From: Desulfosudaceae bacterium
GTDB taxonomy: Bacteria; Desulfobacterota; Desulfobacteria; Desulfobacterales; Desulfosudaceae
Assembly: GCA_963674745.2 (NCBI GenBank)
Contig: CAXXDV010000003.1
Location: 1,024,001-1,088,000, forward strand
Reading direction: 5' to 3'
DNA length: 64,000 bases
Both the position numbers and the translations under genes were made by a program. Positions 30,344 to 40,301 of this stretch are shown here, one piece after another. Numbering within the stretch: the first letter of the stretch is position 1; each line of letters opens with the position of its first letter. The notes beneath the pieces were generated by a model. The model searched no databases. It saw only the letters and a program-made list of their open reading frames with translations, and was not told where the DNA came from.

Positions 30344-32983
30344 ATGACAGGAAACGACATCCGCAGTAAATTTCTGGAATATTTTAAAACCAAAGATCAT
30401 CGTATTGTCCGCAGTGCGTCCCTGGTTCCCCAGTCGGACCCGACCTTGCTGTTTGTCAATGCCGGTATGGTCCAGTTCAAGCGGCTCTTCATCGGTGAGG
30501 AAACGCGTGATTATAAAACCGCCGCCACTTCGCAGAAATGTGTTCGCGCCGGAGGCAAGCACAACGATCTGGATAACGTGGGGTATACGGCCCGGCATCA
30601 TACTTTTTTTGAGATGCTGGGCAACTTTTCCTTTGGGGATTATTTCAAGGAAAGGGCCATTGAGCTGGCCTGGGACCTGCTGTTGAACGGGTACGGTCTG
30701 TCGCCGGATGATCTCTGGGTCTCGGTTTATAAGGATGATGACGAGGCCTATAATATCTGGAAAAATACCATGGGCGTTCCTGAAGACCGGATTGCCCGTC
30801 TGGGTGAAAAGGATAATTTCTGGGCCATGGGGGATACCGGCCCTTGCGGGCCTTGCAGTGAAATTCATATTGACCGTGGTGAGCGATTCGGCTGCGGGCG
30901 ACCGGATTGCGCGGTAGGCTGTGAATGCGACCGCTATCTGGAAATCTGGAACATGGTTTTCATGCAGTATAACCGGGACAAGACCGGCGAAATGACCCCG
31001 CTGCCCAAACCGAGCATCGATACCGGCATGGGCCTGGAGCGGATTGCTTCGGTGGTTCAGAACACCGACACCAATTATGAAACCGACCTGATTTTTCCGA
31101 TTATCAAGACCATTGAAGAGATGGCCGAACGGTCATACGGAAAAGACGCGGATGCCGACGTGTGCATGAAAGTCATTGCCGACCACAGCCGGGCGTCCGC
31201 TTTTCTGATCGGAGACGGCGTGCTTCCTTCCAACGAAGGCCGGGGGTACGTCCTGCGCCGGATCATGCGGCGGGCCATTCGCTATGGACGGAATATCGGT
31301 TTAAACCAGCCCTTTCTGCATAAAACCGCGCTGACGGTTCTGGACACGATGTCCGATACTTATCCCGAGCTCAAGGATGCCGGTTCGTTTATTACCAATG
31401 TCATCGAAAACGAAGAAATCCGGTTTTCCGAAACCCTGGATAACGGCCTGCGCGTTCTGCAGGACACACTGGCGGATATCAAGGCCGGGGGAGAAACGGT
31501 CATTCCCGGAGACGTTATTTTCAAGCTCTATGATACCTTCGGTTTTCCGGTGGATATTGTTCAGGATGTGGTCCGGGGTGAGAACATCTCCCTGGACATG
31601 GACGGGTTTAACCGGCATATGACCGGTCAGCGGGAAAAATCCCGGTCCGTGGCTGAATTTTCGAAAACCTGTCCGGCTTACGGCCGGCTGGCCGCCGACG
31701 GCACCAGGACGGCGTTTGTGGGTTATGAAACCCTGGAGAAAAAAGCAAAGGTGCTGACGCTGGTCAGGGACGGAAATGAGCTTGAAACAGCCGGCCAGGG
31801 GGAAACCGTCGAGCTGGTGGTGGATGAAACACCTTTCTACGGCGAATCCGGGGGCCAGGTCGGTGATACCGGGCTGATTACGGCCGGGGATTTTTCAATG
31901 AAGGTGACCGATACGGTCAAGGAACCGTCCGGCCTCACCATTCATAAAGGCGATGTTATATCCGGCGCCGTGCGCCCGGGTGATCAGGTCAGCCTTACGG
32001 TTGATGCGCAGAAACGGCGCGCCACCGCCTGCAATCATTCGGCCACGCATTTACTGCACGCGGCCTTGCGCCAGGTGGTGGGAGACCATGTCAAGCAGGC
32101 CGGGTCAATGGTTTCACCCGATCGGCTGCGGTTTGACTTTACCCATTTTGCCATGGTTGATGCCGAAGCCCTGGAAAAAATCGAGGCTTTTGTCAACGCC
32201 CGGATATGCGAAAACTACCCCATTTCCATAACCGAAATGGCCATTGAAAAAGCGCTGGAAGAGGGCGCAACAGCCCTGTTTGAAGAAAAATACGGTGATA
32301 CGGTGCGGGTCATTGCCATGGGCGATGTCAGCCGGGAGCTGTGCGGCGGAACCCATACGCGCCGGACAGGGGATATCGGTTTATTCAAGATACTGTCCGA
32401 AGCCAGTGTTGCCTCCGGTGTCAGGCGGATCGAGGCCTTAACCGGAGCAGCCGCCCTGGCATACGTTCAGGAGAATATGCGGGTTTTAAATGATATCAGC
32501 GGGCTGATGAAAGAGACACCGCTTGCCCTGGTGCCGCGTATTCAGAAAATCATGAAGGATATCAAGTCCCTGGAGAAAGAAAAGGAAGCCCTCAAAAACA
32601 AACTGGCGGCCGCTTCGGTGTCCGGCGGAGGCGGCGGGGGGGGGACGGATCATACCGAGATCAACGGGGTCAAGGTGATTTCCCGGGTGGTGGAGGCGGA
32701 TAACCCGGGCGCTTTGAGAACGCTGGCGGATCAGCTCAAAGACAAGCTTAAATCAGGTATTATTGTTCTGGGAGCCGCAGTGGATGCCAAGGCTTTTTTG
32801 ATCGTTGTTGTCACAAAAGATCTGACCGGTCGTTTCAAAGCCGGGGATATTATCAAAGCAGCGGCAGCCGAAGTCGGAGGGGGCGGCGGTGGCCGGCCGG
32901 ACATGGCCCAGGCCGGCGGGTCCAACCCCGAAAAGCTGTCTGAAGCCATTGCCAAAGCAATTGAAATCATAGAAAACAATTAA
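30344..32983 (+). CDS. alaS: alanine--tRNA ligase
   Basis: NAGMVQFK, RHHTFFEMLGNFS, DTGMGLER, HSATHLLH, ELCGGTH, GGGRPDMAQAGG. Confidence 0.99.
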   Translation: MTGNDIRSKFLEYFKTKDHRIVRSASLVPQSDPTLLFVNAGMVQFKRLFIGEETRDYKTAATSQKCVRAGGKHNDLDNVGYTARHHTFFEMLGNFSFGDYFKERAIELAWDLLLNGYGLSPDDLWVSVYKDDDEAYNIWKNTMGVPEDRIARLGEKDNFWAMGDTGPCGPCSEIHIDRGERFGCGRPDCAVGCECDRYLEIWNMVFMQYNRDKTGEMTPLPKPSIDTGMGLERIASVVQNTDTNYETDLIFPIIKTIEEMAERSYGKDADADVCMKVIADHSRASAFLIGDGVLPSNEGRGYVLRRIMRRAIRYGRNIGLNQPFLHKTALTVLDTMSDTYPELKDAGSFITNVIENEEIRFSETLDNGLRVLQDTLADIKAGGETVIPGDVIFKLYDTFGFPVDIVQDVVRGENISLDMDGFNRHMTGQREKSRSVAEFSKTCPAYGRLAADGTRTAFVGYETLEKKAKVLTLVRDGNELETAGQGETVELVVDETPFYGESGGQVGDTGLITAGDFSMKVTDTVKEPSGLTIHKGDVISGAVRPGDQVSLTVDAQKRRATACNHSATHLLHAALRQVVGDHVKQAGSMVSPDRLRFDFTHFAMVDAEALEKIEAFVNARICENYPISITEMAIEKALEEGATALFEEKYGDTVRVIAMGDVSRELCGGTHTRRTGDIGLFKILSEASVASGVRRIEALTGAAALAYVQENMRVLNDISGLMKETPLALVPRIQKIMKDIKSLEKEKEALKNKLAAASVSGGGGGGGTDHTEINGVKVISRVVEADNPGALRTLADQLKDKLKSGIIVLGAAVDAKAFLIVVVTKDLTGRFKAGDIIKAAAAEVGGGGGGRPDMAQAGGSNPEKLSEAIAKAIEIIENN

Positions 32984-33043
32984 TTCTGAACGACATATCC
33001 CGTTTCTTTTTTGCTTGACAGAAAAGCGATTTTAATGGTTTAG

Positions 33044-33061
33044 TGAATGAGCACTCATTCA
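33044..33061. promoter_or_regulatory. TetR (FadR/YsiA-type) operator
   Basis: perfect inverted repeat TGAATGAG-CA-CTCATTCA downstream of TTGACA (33015). Confidence 0.75.
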
Positions 33062-33084
33062 TTTTTATTTGTCATGGAAGGACA

Positions 33085-33693
33085 ATGAGCGAACAGAATA
33101 AAAACACACTAAATCCGGACAAATATTCCCTGATCCTGGAAGCGGCCATCAGTGTTATTGCCGAGGAGGGCTTTTTTAACTCCACGGTTTCCAAAATCGC
33201 CAAAGCCGCCGGCGTGGCCGATGGTACCATTTATCTCTATTTTAAAAATAAAAACGATATCCTGCTTCATTTTTTCAATTACAAGACCCGCCAGGTATTT
33301 GACGAGTTCCGCAAGGCAGTTGATAAGGGGCAGGATGCCAGAAGCAAATTAAACAATCTTATCCGGGCCCATATACGGGAATTTAAAAAAGACAAAAACA
33401 TGGCCGTCGTTTTTCAGGCCGAGGCCCGTCAGATAAGATATTTTGAGTTGTATATCAAGGATATTACCCATATGTATTTCGACCTGGTCGGGGAAATCGT
33501 TTTACAGGGACAGGAAGAGGGTATATTCAGAAAAGATATGGAGTTGAGCCTGGTCAAGCGGTTTATCCTCGGGGCAGTGGACGAGGTGATCAATACCTGG
33601 CTGCATGCCGGGGATACGTTTGACATTGAAGCCCAGGCGGAAGGACTGGTGGAATTATTCCTTCACGGCATCGGCGGCCGGAAGGAAAGCTGA
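33085..33693 (+). CDS. TetR-family regulator, FadR(YsiA)-like
   Basis: HTH IAKAAGVADGTIYLYFKNKNDIL; GQEEGIFR..ILGAVDEV; start MSEQ. Confidence 0.88.
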   Translation: MSEQNKNTLNPDKYSLILEAAISVIAEEGFFNSTVSKIAKAAGVADGTIYLYFKNKNDILLHFFNYKTRQVFDEFRKAVDKGQDARSKLNNLIRAHIREFKKDKNMAVVFQAEARQIRYFELYIKDITHMYFDLVGEIVLQGQEEGIFRKDMELSLVKRFILGAVDEVINTWLHAGDTFDIEAQAEGLVELFLHGIGGRKES

Positions 33694-33802
33694 TAGACAT
33701 GTAATCAACAAGCGAGGAAAACTTACAACAAGTTATAATTTGGATGGCAAAGTAAAAAGTTCATTGAATTTTTTACAAAACCAGCAATCAAGGAGAAGGA
33801 CT

Positions 33803-35608
33803 ATGGCACAAAATGTAGCGGATAGAAGAGATGTCGATTTTGTTCTGCATGAACAGTTTCATGCGGAAGAATTGAGCAAAAACGAGCTGTTTGCCGATTT
33901 CAACCGGAAGACGATCGACATGATCGTCAACGAGGCGCGCGGTCTGGCCCTGAAGGAACTGTGGCCCATCAACAAGGAAGGTGATGAAATCGGCGTTACG
34001 TTTGACGGCGGCAAGGTCAGCGTTCCCGAATCGTTTCATCGGGCCTACAAACTGCTGATGGAAGGTGAGTGGATCGCCATGGCCGAAGACCTGGAAGTCG
34101 GCGGGCAGGGCATGCCGAATCTGGTCGAACGGGCGGCCAGCGACTATCTGCTGGGTGCCAACTTTGCATTCATGCTGTATGCAGGCCTTACCCACGGCGC
34201 CGGCAAACTGGTTGAAGCTTTTGGCTCGCCGGAACAGAAGGCCATGTATTTGAAAAAGCTTTTTTCCGGTGAGTGGTCCGGCACCATGCTGCTGACCGAG
34301 CCGGAAGCCGGTTCGGATGTAGGCGCCCTGACCACCTCGGCGGTCAAGAATGATGACGGCACTTACTCTATCACCGGTTCCAAGATATTTATTTCCGGCG
34401 GCGAACACGATATGACCGAAAACATTATCCATCCCGTTCTGGCCCGTATCGAAGGTGCACCTGCCGGAACCAGGGGTATTTCCCTGTTTCTGGTACCCAA
34501 GTACCGTGTCAATCCCGACGGCAGCCTGGGCAAGTTCAACGATGTGGTCTGCACCGGCATTGAAGAGAAGATGGGGATTCACGGCAGCGCCACCTGCTCA
34601 TTGACACTGGGCAGTAAGGGAGAATGTATCGGTGAGCTCATCGGCGAAGAAAACAAGGGCATGATGGAGATGTTCCTGATGATGAATGATGCCCGCCTGC
34701 TGGTGGGATTCCAGGGTTTTGCGTGTGCCACGGCCTCTTACCTGGAAGCGCTGAATTACGCCCGCACCCGGGTTCAGGGCAGACCCCTAACGGCGGGTAA
34801 GGACGCTTCCATCGGCGGTGTTCCCATTATTCAGCATCCGGATGTGCGGCGCCAGTTGATGAACATGAAGGTGTTCGTGGAAGGGCTGCGCAGCCTGATT
34901 TATTATGTCGGTTACTGTATGGACATGGCCAAGATTGCTGATTCCGATGAGGAAAAAGAGAAATACGCCGGCCTGGTTGAAATTCTGACCCCTATTGTCA
35001 AAGGTTACGGCACGGATCGGGCCTTTGACGTCTGCAGCCACGGTGTCCAGGTTTTCGGCGGGTACGGATATACCAAGGAATACCCGGCCGAGCAATACAT
35101 GCGCGACTGCCGTATTACCATGATTTACGAGGGCACCAACGGTATTCAGGCCATGGACCTGTTGGGCCGGAAAATGACCATGAAAAAAGGTAAACTGGTG
35201 ACGGACCTGTTCGGTGAAATCCAGAAAACCATTGCCGAAGCCGGTCAGATTGATACCCTGAAAACCCCGGCCGATAAAGTCACCGAGGCTATGACCAAAC
35301 TGGGTGAAGCCGGCAGCCACCTGGGCAAAACGGCGATGCAGAATGTCGAACAGGCGTTTTTGTACGCCCACCCCCTCCAGGATGTGTGCGGTGACGTTAT
35401 CATGGCCTGGATGCTGCTCTGGCGTGCCTGTGTTGCGGCCAAAGCCCTGGAGAAAAACCCCAAGGACGCCGCTTTCTACGAAGGCCAGATCAAGTCGTTG
35501 ACCTTTTTTGTGAACACGGTTCTGCCGGCGACCCTGGGTAAAGTAAATGCCATTATGGCGACGGATACGTCTGCCATTGACATCGCCGATGCCTCTTTCG
35601 GCGGATAA
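33803..35608 (+). CDS. acyl-CoA dehydrogenase
   Basis: LTEPEAGSD, GSKIFIS, EEKMGIHGSAT, QVFGGYGY, IYEGTNGIQ; start MAQN after AGGAG. Confidence 0.93.
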   Translation: MAQNVADRRDVDFVLHEQFHAEELSKNELFADFNRKTIDMIVNEARGLALKELWPINKEGDEIGVTFDGGKVSVPESFHRAYKLLMEGEWIAMAEDLEVGGQGMPNLVERAASDYLLGANFAFMLYAGLTHGAGKLVEAFGSPEQKAMYLKKLFSGEWSGTMLLTEPEAGSDVGALTTSAVKNDDGTYSITGSKIFISGGEHDMTENIIHPVLARIEGAPAGTRGISLFLVPKYRVNPDGSLGKFNDVVCTGIEEKMGIHGSATCSLTLGSKGECIGELIGEENKGMMEMFLMMNDARLLVGFQGFACATASYLEALNYARTRVQGRPLTAGKDASIGGVPIIQHPDVRRQLMNMKVFVEGLRSLIYYVGYCMDMAKIADSDEEKEKYAGLVEILTPIVKGYGTDRAFDVCSHGVQVFGGYGYTKEYPAEQYMRDCRITMIYEGTNGIQAMDLLGRKMTMKKGKLVTDLFGEIQKTIAEAGQIDTLKTPADKVTEAMTKLGEAGSHLGKTAMQNVEQAFLYAHPLQDVCGDVIMAWMLLWRACVAAKALEKNPKDAAFYEGQIKSLTFFVNTVLPATLGKVNAIMATDTSAIDIADASFGG

Positions 35609-35623
35609 ATCAAAGCAAAGCAA

Positions 35624-35666
35624 AACAACAAAAGCCCGGCCCTGATACGGCCGGGCTTTTGTTGTT
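35624..35666. terminator. bidirectional intrinsic terminator
   Basis: AACAACAAAAGCCCGGCC / GGCCGGGCTTTTGTTGTT between convergent genes. Confidence 0.85.
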
Positions 35667-35679
35667 ATCCGGTACCGGT

Positions 35680-37422
35680 TTATTTTATTGTTTGCCCGCT
35701 CTGCCGGCCTTGTGAGCTTCCCGATTGTGGATTATCAGTATTTTCGGCCGCTTTATGCCGGATCATTTCTATATCGTATTTTAAGTCGGTGTTTTCCGGT
35801 TTCAGCTTTTCCGCCTTGTTGAGGAAAGTGAGTGAACGGTTATACTGCCCCTTTTGGGCGAAATGCAGGCCAAGCTTATAATAGGGGAGCGCCCGGTCCG
35901 GGATTTTCTGGGTCAGTTCATACCAGATAGCGGCCGCCTGCTCTGCGTTTCTCATCAGTTGAAGCGAATCGGCCAGATTCATGGAGACGATGTAACGCAC
36001 GTCCGGATCGGTCTTTTCATCCATGGCGGAATAAATGCGTTTAAAATCGGCTGCGGCCGGGCCATACTGGCCATTGATTTTATAATGAATGCCCCGGTTG
36101 TAAGTCGCTATCGGCATGAATTTCTTTTGGTAAGACATCCGTATGGATTTTGCGTTGAACCCGATAACCAGACAAATAAAGACAGCGGCCAGAGCGGTTC
36201 TGCCCGTCCAGTTCAATTTGTAAAATGTTCCGGGCAGCCGCCACAGGGTAAATGCGCTGATAACGCAGAACAGGGGTATCAAGGGCAGCCGGAAACGTGA
36301 CAGCACGTAAAAGGCAATGACGGAAAATACGCCGGTGATAAAATAAAGTGCCAGCAACAGGCGGCCCTTTTCCCGCCGTTTTAAAAAAAGCAAGACCAGT
36401 CCAAGGATCGCCAGAGGTGAAAGGATACCCAGGGAAACGTAAGGTAGCCGCAGCAACGGAACGACTTCACGGTATGCATAGAAATCGACAAACTGGGAGA
36501 ATTCATAGTTGAAAAAGAAGGCATACAGTTTGGAAAACTGCAAATGGATCCAGTTCATGCCATGACTGCTGATGTCCTCGAGCAGAAACAGCATAAAACG
36601 CCATGAACTGCCGCCATATGTCTTCAACAGGGGGTACCAGCTGTCCTGTTCCCACCAGCCGACGCCACAGGCTTGATGAAAATGGCTGTTTAACAGAACC
36701 AGGCGTCCCTGGGTAGTGATGCTCAACAGCCCGGTGCCGGCAAGTAAATTGCGTAAGACGATCAATCCGTATACCGAAACAAAAGGCAGCACAAAACGAA
36801 GCATTCGCCGCCGATCCGTTCTGTTTAATGCCAGAAACACCAGGCCGGCCATGAACAGGAAGATATTGTTGGGGCGGCATATAAAAGCCCAGCCGTAAAA
36901 TATTCCGGACAGTATCAGGCACGGTGATGACCTGTCATAAACGGCCCGGATCAGGCAGTAAAACGCGGCCGTCAGCAGGAATGTTACCAGGGAGGCCATC
37001 AGCAACGCGCCTTCATAACAAAGCGCCGGAAGATAAAGCGCGTAGAGGAGGCTGGCCGTGAGGGCTTCTTTGTCTGTGAATAAGCGCCGGGTCAGTAAAA
37101 AAATCAGCAGCCCGGTAATGATCCCCAGTCCCCACTGAATCACTCGTGCCGCCAGGGGGGTCTTGCCGAACAGTTGATAAACAGCTCCCAGGAAATACAG
37201 ATAGCCGGGGCCCCGGGTAATGGGGCCTTTTTGACCGATGATATAACCGTCGGCGATGGCGACAGCTGTTTTGTGATAATAATCCTGGTCATCTGGAAAG
37301 ATAAACCGGTTGAATCCGGGGTAATCGGCAATTTGAAGGGAATAACCGGCTCTCAGCACCGTCATCAGCAGCAGGATCAGGAGCAGGGCGATGGGGACGA
37401 ATTTTTTATAATCAATCTGCAT
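35680..37422 (-). CDS. GT-C fold (ArnT/PMT-like) membrane glycosyltransferase with C-terminal TPRs
   Basis: DDQDYY..A, RGPGYLYFL, ICRPN, SRFRLP; C-term YNRG/YYKLG TPR-like helices. Confidence 0.7.
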   Translation of the reverse strand: MQIDYKKFVPIALLLILLLMTVLRAGYSLQIADYPGFNRFIFPDDQDYYHKTAVAIADGYIIGQKGPITRGPGYLYFLGAVYQLFGKTPLAARVIQWGLGIITGLLIFLLTRRLFTDKEALTASLLYALYLPALCYEGALLMASLVTFLLTAAFYCLIRAVYDRSSPCLILSGIFYGWAFICRPNNIFLFMAGLVFLALNRTDRRRMLRFVLPFVSVYGLIVLRNLLAGTGLLSITTQGRLVLLNSHFHQACGVGWWEQDSWYPLLKTYGGSSWRFMLFLLEDISSHGMNWIHLQFSKLYAFFFNYEFSQFVDFYAYREVVPLLRLPYVSLGILSPLAILGLVLLFLKRREKGRLLLALYFITGVFSVIAFYVLSRFRLPLIPLFCVISAFTLWRLPGTFYKLNWTGRTALAAVFICLVIGFNAKSIRMSYQKKFMPIATYNRGIHYKINGQYGPAAADFKRIYSAMDEKTDPDVRYIVSMNLADSLQLMRNAEQAAAIWYELTQKIPDRALPYYKLGLHFAQKGQYNRSLTFLNKAEKLKPENTDLKYDIEMIRHKAAENTDNPQSGSSQGRQSGQTIK

Positions 37423-37684
37423 TATCACCGGACGAGGGCTTAATGTTATTACCTATAAAAATACAACCATACCATAAAACATGACAGCAGGTAAAGCCGG
37501 CCGGCCCGGGTTGAGGGCGTTGGTTTTATTTGTTCTTTTCTTCAGGTTGGCGTTGACGGCTAACGGTTTACGCTCTTTTGAGCCGACGACTTATGCATTG
37601 ACATCAGCCGCCTTCGTGGCATAGGGTTTATATATCCTTTTACCCAAATATTACCATAAACCACATAACGATTGGATCGGTCGA

Positions 37685-38617
37685 ATGAGCGGAATCGGTG
37701 TAATATTTAATCCCTATGCCGGCAAGAACCGGAGAAATCCCTGTCTGGAAGAGGACCTGAAAAGGATTGTCGGTGACAACGGCCTTTTTGTCCGGACAGA
37801 CGATAAAGCGGCCCTGGTTTCAGCGGCGCAGGACTTTTTAAAAGCGGATATCGAAGTGATGGCCGTCAGCGGCGGCGACGGCACCCTTCATCAGGCCCTT
37901 TCCACCATGGCTGAAATCTATGGCGATCACCCATTGCCCATGCTGGCTTCCCTGCGATGCGGCACCATGAATACGGTTTCCAATTCCGTTAAAATCAAGG
38001 GGCAATCAACCGAGATCCTGGCCCATGTCGTCAAAAACCTTGCGGCCGGGAAAAGCTTTGAAACCTTTGACCAGCATACCATGAACATCAATGACCGGTT
38101 CGGATTCCTGACCGGTGCCGGCGTGGTGGCCGGTTTTCTCCAGATCTATTATTCAGCGCCCAAGCCCGGGCCGGTTCACGCCGCGGGCATGGTGGCGCAG
38201 ATGATTTTCAGCGCCGTTTTCCGGACCGGTTATAACGGCCGCATATTTCATCCCATGAAATGCCGGATGACGGTCGACGGCCGGGAAATTCCGCACAACG
38301 AATACCTGTTTGTCCTGGCCTGTACGGTCAGGGAACTGGGCCTGGGCTTTACGCCTACCCCCCGGGCTTATGAAAAACCCGGGCACTTTCATCTGTTTGC
38401 CGGTTCCATGACACCGGCCAGCATCGTGCCCAAAGTACCGGCCCTGTGGCTGGGCCGGGATATCGTCCATCCTGACCTGTATTTCAACGGCATTGCGGCC
38501 GAGATGGTGCTGGAGCCCGAAGAGGAGGTTCCCTGGATGATTGACGGTGACGTCTATACCACCGATCAGCCGCTGCGGTTTACCGTGGGGCCGACCATCA
38601 AGCTGATCGTTTCCTGA
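37685..38617 (+). CDS. diacylglycerol kinase family lipid kinase
   Basis: NPYAG, GGDGT, GTMN, IDGD. Confidence 0.85.
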   Translation: MSGIGVIFNPYAGKNRRNPCLEEDLKRIVGDNGLFVRTDDKAALVSAAQDFLKADIEVMAVSGGDGTLHQALSTMAEIYGDHPLPMLASLRCGTMNTVSNSVKIKGQSTEILAHVVKNLAAGKSFETFDQHTMNINDRFGFLTGAGVVAGFLQIYYSAPKPGPVHAAGMVAQMIFSAVFRTGYNGRIFHPMKCRMTVDGREIPHNEYLFVLACTVRELGLGFTPTPRAYEKPGHFHLFAGSMTPASIVPKVPALWLGRDIVHPDLYFNGIAAEMVLEPEEEVPWMIDGDVYTTDQPLRFTVGPTIKLIVS

Positions 38618-38622
38618 CCACG

Positions 38623-38746
38623 GATGGCTTCGTAAAAAGTCCAATATCTTTGTTGCGCTGCATCCTTCGGAATTTCACGTACTTCTATGTACGCTGCATT
38701 CCTCAGGATTTGCGCGCCTTGATCTTGAACTTTTTACTTTGCCATC
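38623..38746. mobile_element. MITE-like element, ~124 bp with imperfect TIRs
   Basis: GATGGCTTCGTAAAAAGT ... ACTTTTTACTTTGCCATC; further left ends at 38781 and 48716. Confidence 0.65.
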
Positions 38747-39012
38747 CCAACTTCGACTTTTTTACGCGTGCATCATTATTGATGGCTTCGTAAAAAATCC
38801 AATTGCGGCTGAGCGGCCGAGGGCCATGCGGATATTCCTTTAACGGGTGCCACGGGCCAACCGAAGGTTGCCCGTGTGTTAGGGCGACCCGCCGGCCCCC
38901 CCTACGCCCGTGCTATCCGCGCAGGGCGGAACTCCCTTTTTTCGTCATCCCGGCCAGTGGAGCGAAGCGGAACGTGAGCCGGGATCTAGTATAAAATTGA
39001 GCTGATTCCTTT

Positions 39013-39906
39013 TTAAGGGTTGTTGCAGGTCAGACTCCTGCTCGTCGAATTGTTGTTATCGTTTACTTCTGCCACAGCACTGTTGGCGTCGACCCATACC
39101 CGGATGGGGTGAACAATATTGTATCCCAGAACCGTTCCCGGAAACCCGGCGCCGATCGGGCACCAGGTGCAGCTCACCGTTGTTCCCGGGGCCTTCAGTG
39201 TTCCGCCCGGATCAAACGCGCTCAGTGCCATGCTGCTGTGAAGGTTATTACCATAATACATATTCAGGATTGACGCATTTGTCCCATAGGCCGCGTCCGG
39301 GACACCGCCGGTGCCGATGTTGCTGACCGTGACTTCTATCGGGCAGCCGGCAACCTGGGTCCCCTCGATGACCTTGATGTCGCTGACGATCAGGTCCGGC
39401 ATCGCTCCCTGGCAGGTCAGGTTTCTGGTCATGGAATTGTTGCTTTCGTTGGCCTCTGCCACGGCATTGCCGGTATCGACCTCAACCCGGATGACATGCG
39501 TTCCCGGATTCAGGTTCAGGCCCGGTGACCCCTGAAACCAGACTTTGCTGACCGACGTTCCGGGGGCCTTTAACTGGCCGCCCGGATCAAACACGCTCAA
39601 TACCATGCCGCCATGGGGCTGGTTCCCCTGATACATCTGGATTGCGCAAAGGTTCCCGGTATAAACCGGGTTGGGAACACCGGCCGTACCGACGTTTTGA
39701 ATGGTAACCCTGATCCAGCAGTCCTGAATCAAATCGATATTACTGACGACCAGATCCGGCTTGAGCGATTTTCTGAGCGGTTTTTTTATCGGCGGCTTCC
39801 TGATGGAGCTATCCGGGTGAAACCGCGTTTGAGCGAACAGCAGACCCGTTGACAATATACTGATAAAAATAAAAAGTGCTCCCGTCATGATGGCTGTTTT
39901 TTTCAT
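39013..39906 (-). CDS. secreted protein with two CARDB-like Ig domains
   Basis: signal peptide; two units PDLxVS...V.NxG...VDxxxAVAExNxxNN. Confidence 0.75.
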   Translation of the reverse strand: MKKTAIMTGALFIFISILSTGLLFAQTRFHPDSSIRKPPIKKPLRKSLKPDLVVSNIDLIQDCWIRVTIQNVGTAGVPNPVYTGNLCAIQMYQGNQPHGGMVLSVFDPGGQLKAPGTSVSKVWFQGSPGLNLNPGTHVIRVEVDTGNAVAEANESNNSMTRNLTCQGAMPDLIVSDIKVIEGTQVAGCPIEVTVSNIGTGGVPDAAYGTNASILNMYYGNNLHSSMALSAFDPGGTLKAPGTTVSCTWCPIGAGFPGTVLGYNIVHPIRVWVDANSAVAEVNDNNNSTSRSLTCNNP

Positions 39907-40131
39907 CTTTTCCCCCCTTTGTTTTTGATGAGACTATATCACAGCATAGAAATTTTTTTTGAAATCTTAATTGCTTTAATTCAATCCAGATAGGTTTTAG
40001 GTTTTAAAGTTTTAGGGTTTTCTTGCAGGTGGTTCCCGGATAATTGTCCTCTCTGCAAAAAAGCGAACGGGTCGTTTGATCATATTCATGAACACCATCC
40101 CCGGCCCGGGTTACCCGTTTTGCCCCGACCC

Positions 40132-40300
40132 GTAGGGGCAACCCCCCGTGGTTGCCCTTCATCAGGGCAGGCACGGGGGCCTGCCCCTACATTATTCATG
40201 AACGCCATCCACGGCCCAGGTTACCCTTTTGACCTCGGTCCGTAGGGGCAACCCCCCGTGGTTGCCCTTCATCAGGGCAGGCACGGGGGCCTGCCCCTAC
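40132..40300. repeat. two identical 59-bp REP doublets, 110-bp period (BIME/REPIN-like)
   Basis: GTAGGGGCAACCCCCCGTGGTTGCCC-TTCATCA-GGGCAGGCACGGGGGCCTGCCCCTAC x2. Confidence 0.9.
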
Positions 40301-40301
40301 A

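Noticed and set aside
33605..33802. N-terminal extensions in the ORF track (ACAD, GGDEF, 25789 kinase, GlcF-like, hybrid kinase)
   Set aside because: Downstream ATGs fit better with RBS position or domain starts; the extensions overlap other genes, repeats or regulatory regions.
39170..39620. Internal DNA similarity in the CARDB gene as a DGR TR/VR pair
   Set aside because: Ordinary domain duplication; differences are not adenine-specific and there is no reverse transcriptase in the window.
40085..40300. REP doublets with spacers as a mini-CRISPR
   Set aside because: Spacers are homologous to each other, repeats are GTAG hairpins, and a RAYT is adjacent.
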